DNA from: Cenococcum geophilum
Taxonomy: Eukaryota
Length of the DNA stretch: 64,000 nucleotides
Assembly: GCA_050273025.1 (NCBI GenBank)
Contig: CP158635.1
Location: 19,158,001 to 19,222,000, forward strand
Direction of reading: 5' to 3'
Shown here: positions 36,876 to 49,979 of the stretch, one piece after another
Layout of the letters: each line of letters starts with the position of its first letter
Numbering within the stretch: position 1 is the stretch's first letter
Notes under the pieces: model-generated
Databases searched by the model: none
The model's input: the letters and a program-made list of their open reading frames with translations, nothing else
What the model was told of the DNA's origin: nothing
Made by a program: the position numbers and the translations under genes

Positions 36876-39761
36876 CGTTAATAATAATATAGAAGTTAAA
36901 GTTGTAGTTATTCTTAAGGGTGAACTTAAATCGGCTAGGGGACTTTTAGTTTATTTAGTAGTAATAATAGTACTTTATAAGATGCTTAATTGCCTTAACT
37001 TTAACTTTATAGCCTACTTAATAAAGAACCCTAAGTAATTAATAAATGGATAGGTGGCTAAAATAATAGTATAGTTGGCGTAATTCCGACTTAGTTAAAT
37101 GGCTTTAAGTAATACTATTTTCTAGTTAATAAAGGAGTAACTAGGGGTAACCCTACTTGCGTATAACAGGCACCTAATTATTTCCCTAAATAAGTATATT
37201 TTTAAGGTTATTAAGCCTAACGCCTAACTTATTTATATCTTTAATGTAAAATAGAAATAGAGTGTTTATAGGAATAATATAGAAAGTAATATATCCTAAG
37301 GGGGTTTAGACCCTAATTATGCCGAGAGAGATCGCGGTACCCTTGCTAAAACGTATTATATATTAGCCTGCTGTTAATTAGTTAATCTAGATAGAAGTAT
37401 TAAGTTATTAAAGAGCTTAAACTTAAGGTTCTCTTACTATAAATACTCCTACGGCTCTAGTATCTAGTATAATACTATAGAAGATATTTGCTAAGTATTT
37501 ATCATTAAAGGAGAACGCGGAGCTCTTCTTTAGCTTATTAAAGATATTTAACTTCGTAATAGAATGGAGCGTAGATTAGTTATTAAGAATAGTAACAGTT
37601 TATATACTATCTACCTTACTATACTTAGTGAAGTATTAATTAGGAGAGTAGTTCTTAATTTCTATATCTATAAGGAGCTATTTAGTTTTATTAACCTTAC
37701 CCTTAAGATCTTCTACGCCTTTATATTAAACTAGGAAGCTTTAGAAGTAGGCTATAGTAACCTTATAATTTTTAATATTTTTTATACTTTAATGGAACTT
37801 ATTATATGCCTCTTTTTACTTATTAAGGGAGTGTCTAGTTAACTAGTAATTTAGCTTCTTATAAACGTAGCACTTTTTTTAGCAATTACTTTAAAATAAA
37901 CCTCTATAAAGACCTCTATAATTATTTTATAGTTAATATTAATTATACCCTCTTCTATATTCCCTACCACGGCTACTATATGTTTAATTAGTCTAGTTAT
38001 AATTATATTAGTTGGGAATACTTAATTAGGTAGGGTTTTTGGTATAAAACTATCAAGATTCTTATGTTTATATTATAGTACCTATAGCGGAGCGTAGCTT
38101 AGTATATACTTCTTTAAATATATTTATAGGTTTATATAGCGCTAAATTGCACTTAGGAATACTATAGCAGGCTAAGATAACCTAGTCCCTTAGGCTGTTT
38201 TTATTTTAGTAAGTTTTGGTAAGGCTATATTAGATTTTCTAAAGTTTATTAAAGAGTAGTTAAAGGCACTCTAAATAAGTCTTTATTGGGTTGGAAGCAA
38301 TAACTCTTTAGAACGTAGTCTCTCGCCATTTAGATATATAAAGTTAGCGATTCTTATTAGTTTTAAAGTGAGTTCTAGTAAGCTAAAGTATTACATTAAA
38401 GCTATAGTTTCTACCTATAATATAGTTGTAATAAAATGCTACTGCCTGTCCTTTTAATATAATAGAAAAAGCGTAGTAGTACTAGTGGCGTTAAATTTTA
38501 ACCTTGTTGTAATAGTTATAGAAGACCTATAGTTTTACTCTAAGTATATTATATAGTTCTCCTCTAAACTTCTTTTCTTCATCTAAATATACCTTTATTA
38601 GATTTGTAACTTTTTATAGTAGAGGCTTACCGGTTAGCTAGGATAAAGGGAGTAGAGGTAGTAAAGGGGGTAGCGGAAAAGCACCTCTAGGTAGGAAAGT
38701 ACCTTCTAGTGGGAGAGTACCTCTAGGTAGGGGATTAGTGTTCTGGGGGGTTTAATATAAATTAAAGTTGCCTTCCAAAGAATATGGGTTGGTTTTAGGT
38801 TTTTGTAGTTAATATATAATCTTAGCTTCTGTTTATACTGGTTCTTCTATACTAATAATAACGGCCTAAATATTGCTAGTAATTGGGTTATTATTTTTAG
38901 TAACGTATACCCTATTCCTATAAAGGAAGTCTTAGAAATTCTAAATAATATTAATATTGCTAAGTGCCTAAGTGTCGGCGGTCTATCCTACGAAATCCTC
39001 CCTAAAATATTCCTATAGTTATAAATTGGCATAGTATCTACTTTGGTAGAATAGGATATAATATAGGAGAAAGCTATTAACTTATTTTGCGGTATAAGTT
39101 ATTATATTAATAGTAAATTCGTCCTAATTTTTATTAATAAATTTTGCGTATGTAGCTACCCCTAGTAATAAGGAGTCTTCCTAGTTGTTTAAAGTAGGCG
39201 TAGCTATATTTTTAGAGGGAGGGAAGTATTATTAGTTTAGGGATTATCGTTTAGTACGCGTTTGTAATGTATATTTGTTATTTAGTACGCGTTTATAACG
39301 TATATTTGCGATTATAGAGCTTAGGACTAGTTTTAGCCTTAAATTACAAAGACTTATAAAGCGTGTTATTCTGCGTAATAGATGTAAGAATTTATAATCT
39401 TAGAAAGGCTTAGGACTAGTTCTAGCCTTTAGATCCTTAGATTTGTAGAAAAGTTTTATTTAAGGTTTAGGACTAGTTCTAACCTTAAAAGACAGCTTTC
39501 TCTAGCACGAGTAGCACTGGTATAGTGGCTCGTCTCTTTTTAGTGGAATACTTAGCTATTCTATAGTATAACAGTAAAGTTAACTACTAATTAGTGTTGG
39601 TTATATAAGGTGATATTACGTAGCTACGGTTTATAGATAGTATGATAATTGTTATTTTGTATATACTCTCCCCTTACTTAAGGAAGGGCGAGGAGCTTAG
39701 GGCTCCTTACTACGCTAGTGCCGTGGCGACACATGACGGCAACTTGCCTATATTCTTAACA
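36876..39761 (-). mobile_element. Copia family B copy 2, 5' half (5' LTR 39595-39761, gag, protease, start of integrase)
   Basis: Colinear with 9380-12362. LTR TGTTGG...AACA with outer flank GTAAT (ATTAC on the element strand). Confidence 0.9.
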
Positions 39762-40740
39762 GTAATAATAATTAGTTTAAGGTATTTTACTTCTATAACT
39801 AAGAATTTATACTTCTTTAAATTAATATAAAGTCCTATATCCCTAAGGCGCTCTAGGACTTTTTAAACGTGCTTAGTATACTTAAAAGGGTTATTATTAT
39901 AGATAAGTATATTATCTAGGTATATAAAGCAGAAATTATTAAGGTAGTCCTATAAGGCGTTATTAATATAGCTTTAAAAGGTGCCTGGGCCGTTATATAC
40001 GCTAAAGGGTATAATGGTATATTTAAATTAGCCGAAGCATAATACGAATGCGGTTTTCCATTTATTACCTTCCTATATTTAGAAATAGTTAAAGGCGGCG
40101 ATAATATTAAGCTTAGTATAGATTTTAGCTTAATTAAGCTGCTTAAAAGTCTTACGTATAAGTGGTATAAGGTATTAGTTCTTAATTATAATAGCATTAA
40201 GTCCTCTATAGTTAATATAAAATTAAATACCTCCTTTTAGCTTTTTAGTAAGAAGAATAGGGGCGGCTGCTAGGGATATACTAGGACGAATAAATCCTTT
40301 ATTAAGGTGTTTATTAATATACTTTTTAATAACTAGAAGTTTATCTTTAGATATTAGATAGGGTTTTTTATAAGGTAGCATTTTTCCTTATTTAATATTA
40401 ATAGTATAGTTATTAGGTTAATATAGGGGGAGTATATCTACGCTCTTTTATAAGTATATATTAATAAAGTTATAGTACCTCTTAGGGAGGAGCTTGCGGA
40501 GTTCTTTGCTAGTAAGTCCTTTTTTAAGTTTTATAAACTTTTTAAAGTCTAAAGGTAAAAGTCCGTGGAGTTTTATAGGGGTGTTATCTTCTAGAAGGTT
40601 AACTATATCTATCCTATTACTATAGAGGACGTAGTCTTATTCTTTATTAAGCTTATATAGTTATAATTAGGAAGCTATAGTAATAGTCCAGCCTTTTTTA
40701 TGTGCTATATAGTAAAAGGCTGCGGTACTTACGTAGTAGT
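39762..40740 (-). mobile_element. Gypsy/chromovirus, RT N-terminal part
   Basis: De-RIPed FVYLDDILI (~39900-39930), VKYLGLII (~39765-39795) and other RT motifs. Confidence 0.85.
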
Positions 40741-41976
40741 TTTTATTTTTTATTTTTTATGTCCGATTGTATTATACTACGTACAATACTGCGTATGCAG
40801 CCTCTAGGCTATAGCGCTATAGTTCTATATATATGAATCCTTTCTAGGCAGCTTAATATGTACTAGTAGCTAAGTAAACACTTTAGCCCGGGTTCAAAAT
40901 GCTAGGGGAGCTCTAGCCGCTAGTGTTGTTCATTCTAATATTTTACTTACTAATATTTAGTTTATATTAAAATCGCACTAAGGAAATCCTGGCTCTTTTA
41001 TCTATTTCTACCGTATTCTACCGTTCCTAGAGTAGAAAAAGCGCTCTAAAAGATAGATTTAGTAATATTTTTGCATATAAAAACAAAGGGCCCTAGATAG
41101 TTTGCCAGCTTAAAGACAACTACTAGTTATTTCTATACGACTTTTTTTCTGTACCTTATTCCTCCTCCTTACTAAAGAAATAGGTAGGGAATTAGTAATT
41201 AATAGCTACTCTCCCTAAAAGTAGACTATTAATGGTATTTTATAAGGGCGAACCTCGTTATATAAACCCACTCCTATAGGAAAATTTTTACGAGGTTGTT
41301 TTGTATAGGGTATAAACACCAATTCGCCTATACACCTTATATTTTACGTGCTAAAGTAATATAGGCCGGCCCCCTTCCCCCCTGCTATAGCTACCCTATC
41401 TACGCATTTGCGGTACGCCTATAGTGCGGTGTTGTGTAGTATATTGTAGCGGTAGCGGTAGTGGTAGTGGTGGCGGTTGTGGTAGAGGTCGTCTGCAGCG
41501 GATAGCTGTAGATAGGTTATAGAGGTTGTCTATAGCGTGATGGCTGTAGACTGGTTGTAGTAGAGGTCGTCTATAGCGCGATGGCTGTAGACAGGTTGTA
41601 GTAGAGGTCGTCCGCAGCGCGATGGCTATAGATAGGTTGTGGTAGAGGTCGTCCGCAGCGCGATGGCTGTAGATAGGTTGTGGAGGTCGTCTGTAGCGTG
41701 ATGGCTGTAGACAGGTAATGGTGGAGGTCGTCTATAGCGTGACGGCTGTAGACAGGTAATAGTGGAGGTTGTCTATAGCGCGATGGCTATAGATAGGTTG
41801 TATTAGAGGTTGTAATATATCTAGTATTTAACGTCCGGTAACGTATCTTTAGGGGGAGACGACAACCGTAGTAGTTAGTTATAGGTAGGGTAATAAGGGG
41901 TTTCTTAGGTTAATATCCTAGTAAGTAAATAGAGGCGGCTAGGCTATATCCTAGGTAAGTCTCTCTATAGTATTTA
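40741..41976 (-). mobile_element. Non-autonomous A-tailed retroposon-like insert, family X (about 1.2 kb)
   Basis: T-rich tail at 40741-40760 on the + strand. Its 3' 135 bp are shared with 4266-4401. No RT motif recognised. Contains a minisatellite. Confidence 0.55.
41475..41812. repeat. 36-39-bp minisatellite (about 8-9 units)
   Basis: Unit GGTTGTGGTAGAGGTCGTCCGCAGCGCGATGGCTGTAGA in direct tandem with RIP variants. Confidence 0.9.
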
Positions 41977-44900
41977 GAGTTAAAGGTTACTTCTCTTTTT
42001 TCTTAGTTAATAGTAAGGTTGTATTATTTAAGCTATCCCAAGCCTTAACAGGCCAGAAGCGATGTCGCGCGATATCACCAGATCGTATAGGGATATAAGG
42101 GTCACAGGGGACACAAGGGAGAGGACGCCCTGTAGGAAGACCCTCATGGATAGCTACAGCAAGCTCAAGACCAGGACAATCAAGAATTAGACTCAACGCG
42201 GCAAATATAACATTCGCAGCCGACTCTCAAAGGGCATATAGCCAACCAGTAAGAACAGGGGAAGAACCGGAGATAATAACAGATTTAGATATAGAAGCGC
42301 TAGTAGGAACACAAGATACGGGAATAGAAAGCTCCATATAAAATAAGTAGTAACTAGGGTATAGACACAAGAGACAGAAGTTCTAAATGTCCTAGAGAAA
42401 GTAGAAACAGGAGAAGTAAGGAATAAAGGAGAGGCAAAGGACCCTTACCGGGGGTCCGCCACCTATCCATTATACAGTACAACTGCGGCAATACAAACCA
42501 CTGTCTCGCAAGACCCTTACTAGACAGCCTAGACCCAGAGAAATACTATATCCTTGCTATACAAGAGCCGTATTACAATGCCTATATATAATCAATATAC
42601 TGCCCCTAAGGATTTCAGCTCCTATATAAACCAAAAGCAGCCATACGCGTATGCTTTATAATTAGTAAGGCTATTAGCCTATCCTTATAGTTATAGTAGG
42701 CAGTTAATCTAGATATTATAGTAATAACAATCTAGATATATAGGGGACCGGTATAGATTATTAATGTATATAACCTTAGGGTTAAAGGGGTCCTATAAAC
42801 AGAGAATATTATATCGGTAATAAGCTTACTAAAAACCGAAGGCACAGAGTTTATCCTATTAGGAGATATAAACCTCTACTACCTGCGGTGGGGGGGTATC
42901 CATATTGCTGCTAAATAATAGGTAAAGTGCCTACTAAGAGCTATAGACACCTGGGGTCTTAAGCTAACTACCCCCCTAGGAGTAATTATATAGCAATAAG
43001 GCACCGCTAAAAATATAATTAACCTTACATTTATAGATAAAGGCCTATACTAGAGACTCGAAAGGTACAACCCTAAAGAAGAATAGGCACTCGCCTTAGA
43101 CTATATCCCTATCTAAATACAGCTAGATCTAGATATTAAGGCATAACTAAATAGCAAAAGATATGTAATAAGAAAGCTTAAAACAGACAGCTTTTTTAAT
43201 ATAGTTAAATAACAACTTTAAGACCTAGAAGAAATCCACCTAATACTAAACAAGCGAGGCTTATTAGCTACCCCTAAGGAAATCAACCAAAGACTAGAAA
43301 GGATTTAGGCAGCAATTAAAAATGGGCTAAAAGAGCACTACCCGGTCTTAAAACCGGGCCCCTATACGCGACACGCATAGTCCATATAATGCGCAATTCT
43401 TATCGCCAGCTAATGATAAGCAAGAAGAAAATATATAAGCAGCTATAATCCTAAAGATAAGAGACAATACAAAGACACAAGAAACTAGCTAAAGAATACC
43501 CTAAAAAAAGAAGTAAGGAATAGCTGGAGACGGTTTATAAATAAGCATACTACTAACTTAAGCCTCCCCTATAATAAAGGTCTTTGGAGAATAGCAAAAT
43601 AGGTAAAGAGAAAGGCGGGACGTCTAGTAGAAGACCTATACCTTCCGCCCCTATAAAGACTAAGTAAATTACTAGCTATAAGCGATAATAATAAGAAGGC
43701 AAAGATCCTTATAGAAAGATTTTTCCCTTAACTAGCTTTAGTAGACCTTAGTAATATTATGGGTAAAGCACCAGTAACTTGCCTAAGGGTTAACAGCAAT
43801 ATAACAACCAAAGAAATGGCTAGAACTATTAGCCGCCTTTTAAATAATATAGTACTAGGACTAGATAGGATCCTAAATAAAGCCCTAAAGACCTATAAAC
43901 CACTAATAGTACCTTAGCTTACGGATGTAGCTAGAGTATACTTTATAATAGGCTACTACCCAAAACTGGGAAGAGCTATAACAACGTTTATTCTATATAA
44001 AGAAGGTAAAGCAAACTACTCACTTTTAGGGAACTACCGCCCTATTGCCTTAGAGAATACCCTTAGCAAGATCTTAGAAAGGGTAATAGCGGACTATATA
44101 GTAGATACGGCTAAGGAACACGCTTTACTACTATAAAGCCAAATAGGGGTAAGAAAGAACCGCTTAACACTATCAGCACTTATATTACTCGCTACCACCA
44201 TTAAATCTATATAGGCAATGCGAAGGGACTTTATAGTATTAATGCTTAGCCTAGATATTAGTGGCGCCTATAATAATATACCCTATAAGCGTCTCCTATA
44301 TATCCTTAGGGTAAAAGGCTTCCTAGAATAGATTATATAATTTATTTAAGGGTTTATAGGTTAAAAAGAAACATTACTGGTCTTTAGCGGATACTAAAGC
44401 CCCCCTATCGCAGTTGTAACAGGAATACTATAAAAATTACCCCTCTTGCCTATACTTTTCCTTTTCTTTATAAGCAACCTGCTTAACTCCTTTAAGGAAG
44501 GGGCAACTTAGGGGATAGGCTTTATTAATAACATAAACCTAATTATATATGGACTAATAGCTATAGAGAATTATAGAACACTAGAGAAAATATATAATAC
44601 CTATATAAAATGGGCAAGACGATATAGAGTCCAATTCTTACCAGAAAAATACCAGCTAATCTATTTTATAAGAAAACGCAACTAATCTACAAATCTCTAG
44701 CATATAATTCGTATCTAAGGCTTTAGGGGTTAACTAGTTTAGGGCCTAAAAGTATTAAAAGTATAGGTAGATAGTAAGCTCTAGTAGAGCGCATATATAG
44801 CGTAAGCGGCCCGTAAGGGCCAAGTATAGTATATTATATTATTTAGGATCGTTAATTTTATATAGGGTCTATACTTCTAGAGGTCACGCCTACTATATAC

Positions 44901-46165
44901 AGTAGTTGTCCGGCTAACTATAACGTATAGGTCTAGTATCTAGGCCATTAGAGAATCTAAGAAAGGCCCCCCTAAATCGCTCCTTAAACCACTCTAAAAG
45001 GTTTAAACAGCTTGCCTCTAGAGTATAATAGGCGGATATAAGCGAACGGCCACAGCTCTGCTTAAGAAGGAAGCTAATATTCCCCCCCTACAACTATATA
45101 TTAAAGTCGCTGCAATATAAAGGGCGTAAAAAGAACGCAACTCTAATATTATAAAGTATATTAAGACACGCCTAAATAAACTATAGAGGGACCCTAGGGC
45201 GCCTTATAGGAGAATAAACCAACAACCCTAAAGTAGGGAAGATATATTAGAGAAATAGGTAAAGAAAGTAGAAGAAAAATAGTGCTACTTTAGGGCCCAG
45301 GCCCATATAAAGGAGAAAGGGAAACGTGTAAGAGGCCAGCAAGAATAATAATAAGAGAGAGAAAGAAGCTAAAGTAGAGTATAAAAGAACGCTAGGAAAC
45401 CATCTACCGTAATATAATACTGGCTGAACCAACGCTAGAGAGGCGTATAGGAGTTAAAGGTATAGAGGCTAACTGAGGCAAAAGGAACCCAAGCTATAGC
45501 ATAGTTAACGCTATGGGGGGTAAACACCCTAGGGCTCTAAGAAGGCCTAACAAAGGCAGAAAATATAATAGTAATACTCTTAAGAATAGGAATAATAGGA
45601 CTAAAAGACTAGCTCTACTAGGTGGGTATTCTAGTAGGTAACCTAAGATGTGAATATAGCTAACTAAGACAGACACTAAAATATGTAATACTATTATGCC
45701 CCTTACGCACTAACTAAGAAGTAATACTCTTAGTAGCTAGCATAGAGAACTATAAGATACTACTCTTAATATAAAAAGGCCTTAAGGCGGTTACCTAGTA
45801 GCTTATTAGCTAAAATATACTAAACCAGTTCCGGGTTGCAAAGGAAATAATAATAGAGGGCGGGGGGGCGAGCAACGGGCACCCCCTAATAACTCTATAG
45901 TAGTAGAGTAAAGTATACAATACTAGCGCGTCCGTAGGCTTGTTACGGCAGCAGTGGTTCCTAAGGAGGTCAAAAAGTAAGGTAGTAGGAGCACCACAGG
46001 TAACTCGTAGGCAAGTCCCAAAAGGCGGGGAGATAAATCACAGGGTTTTCTCAAGTTAAGTCTTTCTTAAGTTGAGTTTTCTCCTTATATGTAAATAAGG
46101 AGTAGTCCGCGTGGGCCTAATGGGGATCCGAATCGGACGTTAAGCAATGAATTATTATTATTATT
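41977..46165 (+). mobile_element. Tad1-like LINE, 5'-truncated within ORF1, RIP-degraded
   Basis: ORF1 tail KRCR…GRP…QSRI. Endonuclease IIQYNC, LAIQEP and LGDxNLHHPRWGG. RT YRPIALENTLGKILE, LDISGAYD, GxPQGSPLSPILF and FIDD. C-terminal CxC…QTxKH…CP. (ATT)n tail at ~46151-46165. Confidence 0.92.
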
Positions 46166-48470
46166 TAAGCTAGCTTATTCTAAGGATAATAAAGTAGTTA
46201 GTAAGTGGTATAATATAGGCCTAGAGCTCTTCTTAGTGCCTATTTATATTTAAGTAAAGTTATACTATATAGGTAATCTTCTATGCGGTAAAACTACTGT
46301 TAGCGAGTTATATAGCGCGGGCTTTAGTAAGGGGTAAGGTAAATAGGCTATAAGTGCGCATAAATTAGGTATCTATAAATTTATTAATAGCTCCGCAGTT
46401 AATTATAGAACGGCTTTTATATTATTTTTTAGCAGTAGTTCCTATTATAGGTAAAACTATCTATTTTTATCTGTTTATCTTTACTAAGTTATCTATTAAG
46501 TAGGCCGATATATAGATCCCTCTATTATTAGGGCGTCCTAACCTATAACTTAGGGTAGAGACTTAGCGTTTTCCGCTTCTATATCCGATTTTACTACTAT
46601 TACTATATCTTTATCTTATATAGTAGTGGCGTATAGTAACGTATTTAGTATTTATTATATTAGGTTAGGTATTAAACGGCAGCTACTAAACCTAGCTATT
46701 AGGCAGTTTAGGTTATCGTAATAATAGCCTTCTTAATAGTATCTATAGTAGCATTCTAGTTTCTAAAGTAGCTTACGCTCTCCGTTTAGGAGTTTTTACG
46801 GAAAAATTAGTATAGAGAGGTTAATATTAGCTCCCGTAGTACTTAAGGTAGTAGGTGTTAGTAGCTTAGTATATATAGGTTTAGTAGGCCTAAAGGGCTT
46901 TTATAAAGATATCTTTAGGTAAGGGTTAGTAGTAGCAATTTAATTTAGTTATTATTTAATTTTCTATAGAGCTGCTACCATATTATAAACGTTGTTATAG
47001 TTATAGCTAGTGGCTGCGTAACTAAGGCGATAAGTAACTTTTTTAAGGTCTTTTTAGTCTTTAGTATTATCTTAGGTAAGGGCTTTAGTATATTCCTAAA
47101 ATTTAATATAGAATTCGTTAAATAATTCAATAGGGCTCATCTTTAGGGCACGTAGTTTAGCTTAGTTGGTGGCCAGTAGGTTATAGTCGCGGTATATTAG
47201 GTTAAGATTATTAAGGACTTCTTAGTAGAACTGCCACTTTTAGGGGCTACTAGTCTCCTATTAGGTAAAGAGTTTATTAAATAGTATACCTTTTATTCGC
47301 CTAATAATATAGCCGATCTTAGTATCTTCTGTAGGAAAAAGGCAGGCGCTTTAAATTAGTTTCTTGCGGATTTATATCTTCTAGTAGCTATATTCCTTAC
47401 GGTCTCCTTAGAAAACTAGGGGATTAAGGTAGCGTATATTAAACCCTATAGTAATAGTTTAGGTCTAATTATTATGGCTTTTATTATTACTGCTTTAGTA
47501 GAGGTTCCTATTAGATAAAGCTACTTAGCGCTAGTCCTCTATTAAGTGTTAAGTAAGTAAAGTTGCCGGGGGTATAGAGACTTAGATAGCGTTATATATA
47601 GTAGAGAAATATCTAGCGTTATTATAAATATACTCATTAAGCTAAAATTATAGGTATTTAATTATACCTTCTTTTTTAGTAACTGTAGCAATTAGTATAA
47701 TCTTAGCCTTTTTTAACTGTTAGATGTCGCGTTTAGATACGCGGAGGTTATCTTTAGTTTTTTAATATATGTTATTAGCGAGCGCCTTATAAGCTTATAA
47801 GTCTTAGATAATATTACAATCTTAAGTAGTACGCATCTCAGCTTATATAAGCTTTAGGTAGTAGTTCTATAAAAGGCAGTAGTATTTATTAGGGTCTTAT
47901 ACTACCATTTTTACAAACATCTTAGTGTCTTATATTTCGATTTTAATAAGTAGTAGCCCTTTTATTTACTTGTCTATAGTTATATAGTTAATAAAAGATA
48001 AGATATTATTAGTGTTCGTTTCCTTAGGGGTTAAGGCTAGGGCTAATAAATTAAATTCTCCTAGGATTAATTGACGTTGTAGGTTAAGTATAGGTATTAA
48101 GTTATTCTTTAGGTTTAATATAGTAGCTAGTAAGGAATATTATCTTACTATTATAGGTTCCTTAGAAGTATAAAGTGAGGTAATTTATAGACATGCTGCT
48201 TTTAGTAGCGCCTGCAGTATTATAGAGACGTAGAATTGGTTATAGGCTAAGCGTTAGTGGTAAAAAGTCGCAACGTAATGTTATGGGATGGGGGCAGTGG
48301 CTATAAGCGTATATATTCGAGGAGTCTACAAGACGTTGCGTGATTAATCGTAAGGGTTAAGGGCGTAAGGAGGTGATATACCTACGCGTAGCTGACATAA
48401 GCTATACGCGAGGTATACGCGAAAGCACAGGGCTCTCCTATGGAGGCCCCTATGGTGGGGTTCCGTAATA
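46166..48470 (-). mobile_element. Gypsy/chromovirus 5' part (5' LTR 48279-48470, gag, protease)
   Basis: 192-bp LTR is a reverse-complement match to 56097-56288. Protease region …LADGS…YFIILGxxWL ends at the LINE tail. Confidence 0.85.
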
Positions 48471-49950
48471 GGGGGAGCCAGCTTTACTAAGGTTAAGCTC
48501 TATTATTTTAGGCTTCGCCTTAAGCTTAGCCTTAAGCTTAGCCTTAGATTTTATCTTAGGCTTAAGTATTAGAAGAATATAAGGAATATATTTTATAGAA
48601 GAAAGTAAAGGGGTAAGTAAAAGAGTACTAAAAGAGGAGGCTATTTTAGTACTAAAATCTACTAGCTTTTTTAGTTATAAGAATAGGAGCTAGTCTAAAT
48701 ATTAAAATATATAGCTACCTCTTTAAGCTAAGGAGTGCTACTTTATATACCGCTGCCAACAACGCCGCCTAAGGTAAGATTATAAGGAACCTATATAAAT
48801 ACTATATTTTAGCGCATAAGCTTAGTTATAAGGGGTAGTATAAGTAAGCTGCCTATATTAGGGGGAGTAGGGACTAGCTTAAAGTCCTATCGCCCTTAAT
48901 ATCTCTAAAATAATTATATATTATACTTATAGGCGCCGTGAAGGCTTTATTATAATAAGAGTATATATAGCTCTTTAAGTAATTAGCTAGTAAATATTAT
49001 AAGAAACCCTTTAGACTATTCTCTATATCTTAGTATACCTATCTATATTATAACCTACTATCCGTATCTTTTAGCTAATTAAGGATTTATATTACTTTAA
49101 ATAAAACCGCTAATTATTAGCTAATTCTTTAATTATTAGCTAACCCCTTATATAGGACGAGGCTATATTAGATAATATATTAATAACTAATTCTTGCCAG
49201 TATTACCCTATACTAGTTAAATAATTAGCTTAGAGGGCTTTATTTACGTTTTATAACGCGCCTAATACTATTACTAAGCTATTATTAGCTAACTTCTAGG
49301 CACTAGCTCCCTACTAGTTATATTATAACATTATAACTACGCTAAACACTTTATATAAGGCAGAGCATCTTATAAGGGCTATAATAGTAATATAAAGGTT
49401 ATAAGAATAAAATTAATACCTTATACTAGTAACTTACTATATTATTATTAAGGGATCTAGCCTTAGCGGGACACGGATAACGGAGTATAAATTAGCTAGC
49501 GTATTCTACTAAAGGGCTAAAGTTAGAGAGTATAATATAAGGTAATTAGAGCTAAGATAATAGCATAAGCGCTATATATTCTTTAACCAAAATATATATT
49601 AGGTAGTACGTAGTAAATACTATTAGTAACCCTAAGGTAAAGAATAAGTTCCTAAATATATAGGCTAGCATTAACTATGCGACTAGTAGGAGGTATTGCC
49701 ACTTTAACTATAGCCGTAACTCGCCTAAGAGGAAAGAGTAAAAGTTAATAAGAGAAGGATAGGGAAAGTGTATAAAAGAGAAGGAGAGGTGTCTATAAAC
49801 TGCTTATAGGGATAAGTCTAAAAGCGGCTTCTTTAATAGCGGCTTAGGATACCTAGAAGTAGATGGCACAGTATATATAGAAGTAAGATAATAGGGAGGA
49901 GTAGATTAATAGAAGTAAAGTTAGGGACAGTGTATATACTGCGGTAAAGT
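48471..49950 (-). pseudogene. RIP-degraded 5' part of the gene that continues at 56294
   Basis: De-RIPed frame …AELEAELEAKPEMMELDLGKAGSP reads across the Gypsy insertion site into KYDEEWVDIDDF at 56294. Confidence 0.5.
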
Positions 49951-49979
49951 TTTTAAAAAAAAGCCTTATAATAGATGAT

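Noticed and set aside
40885..40905. tRNA or Pol III B-box (GGTTCAAA)
   Set aside because: No A-box or cloverleaf, and it is on the wrong strand and end to be a SINE head for element X.
41475..41812. CRISPR-like array
   Set aside because: Units are contiguous with no unique spacers, there are no cas genes, and the context is eukaryotic. It is a minisatellite.
40736..46198. GTAGT as a target-site duplication around X plus LINE
   Set aside because: The Gypsy protease frame (YFIILGxxWL) continues through 46166-46198, so the second GTAGT is internal Gypsy sequence.
49000..49500. RIPed intronic snoRNA host gene (repeated TTAGCTAATAAT, ATAATAA)
   Set aside because: After RIP, box C/D and branch motifs cannot be told apart from AT-rich background, so there is no support.
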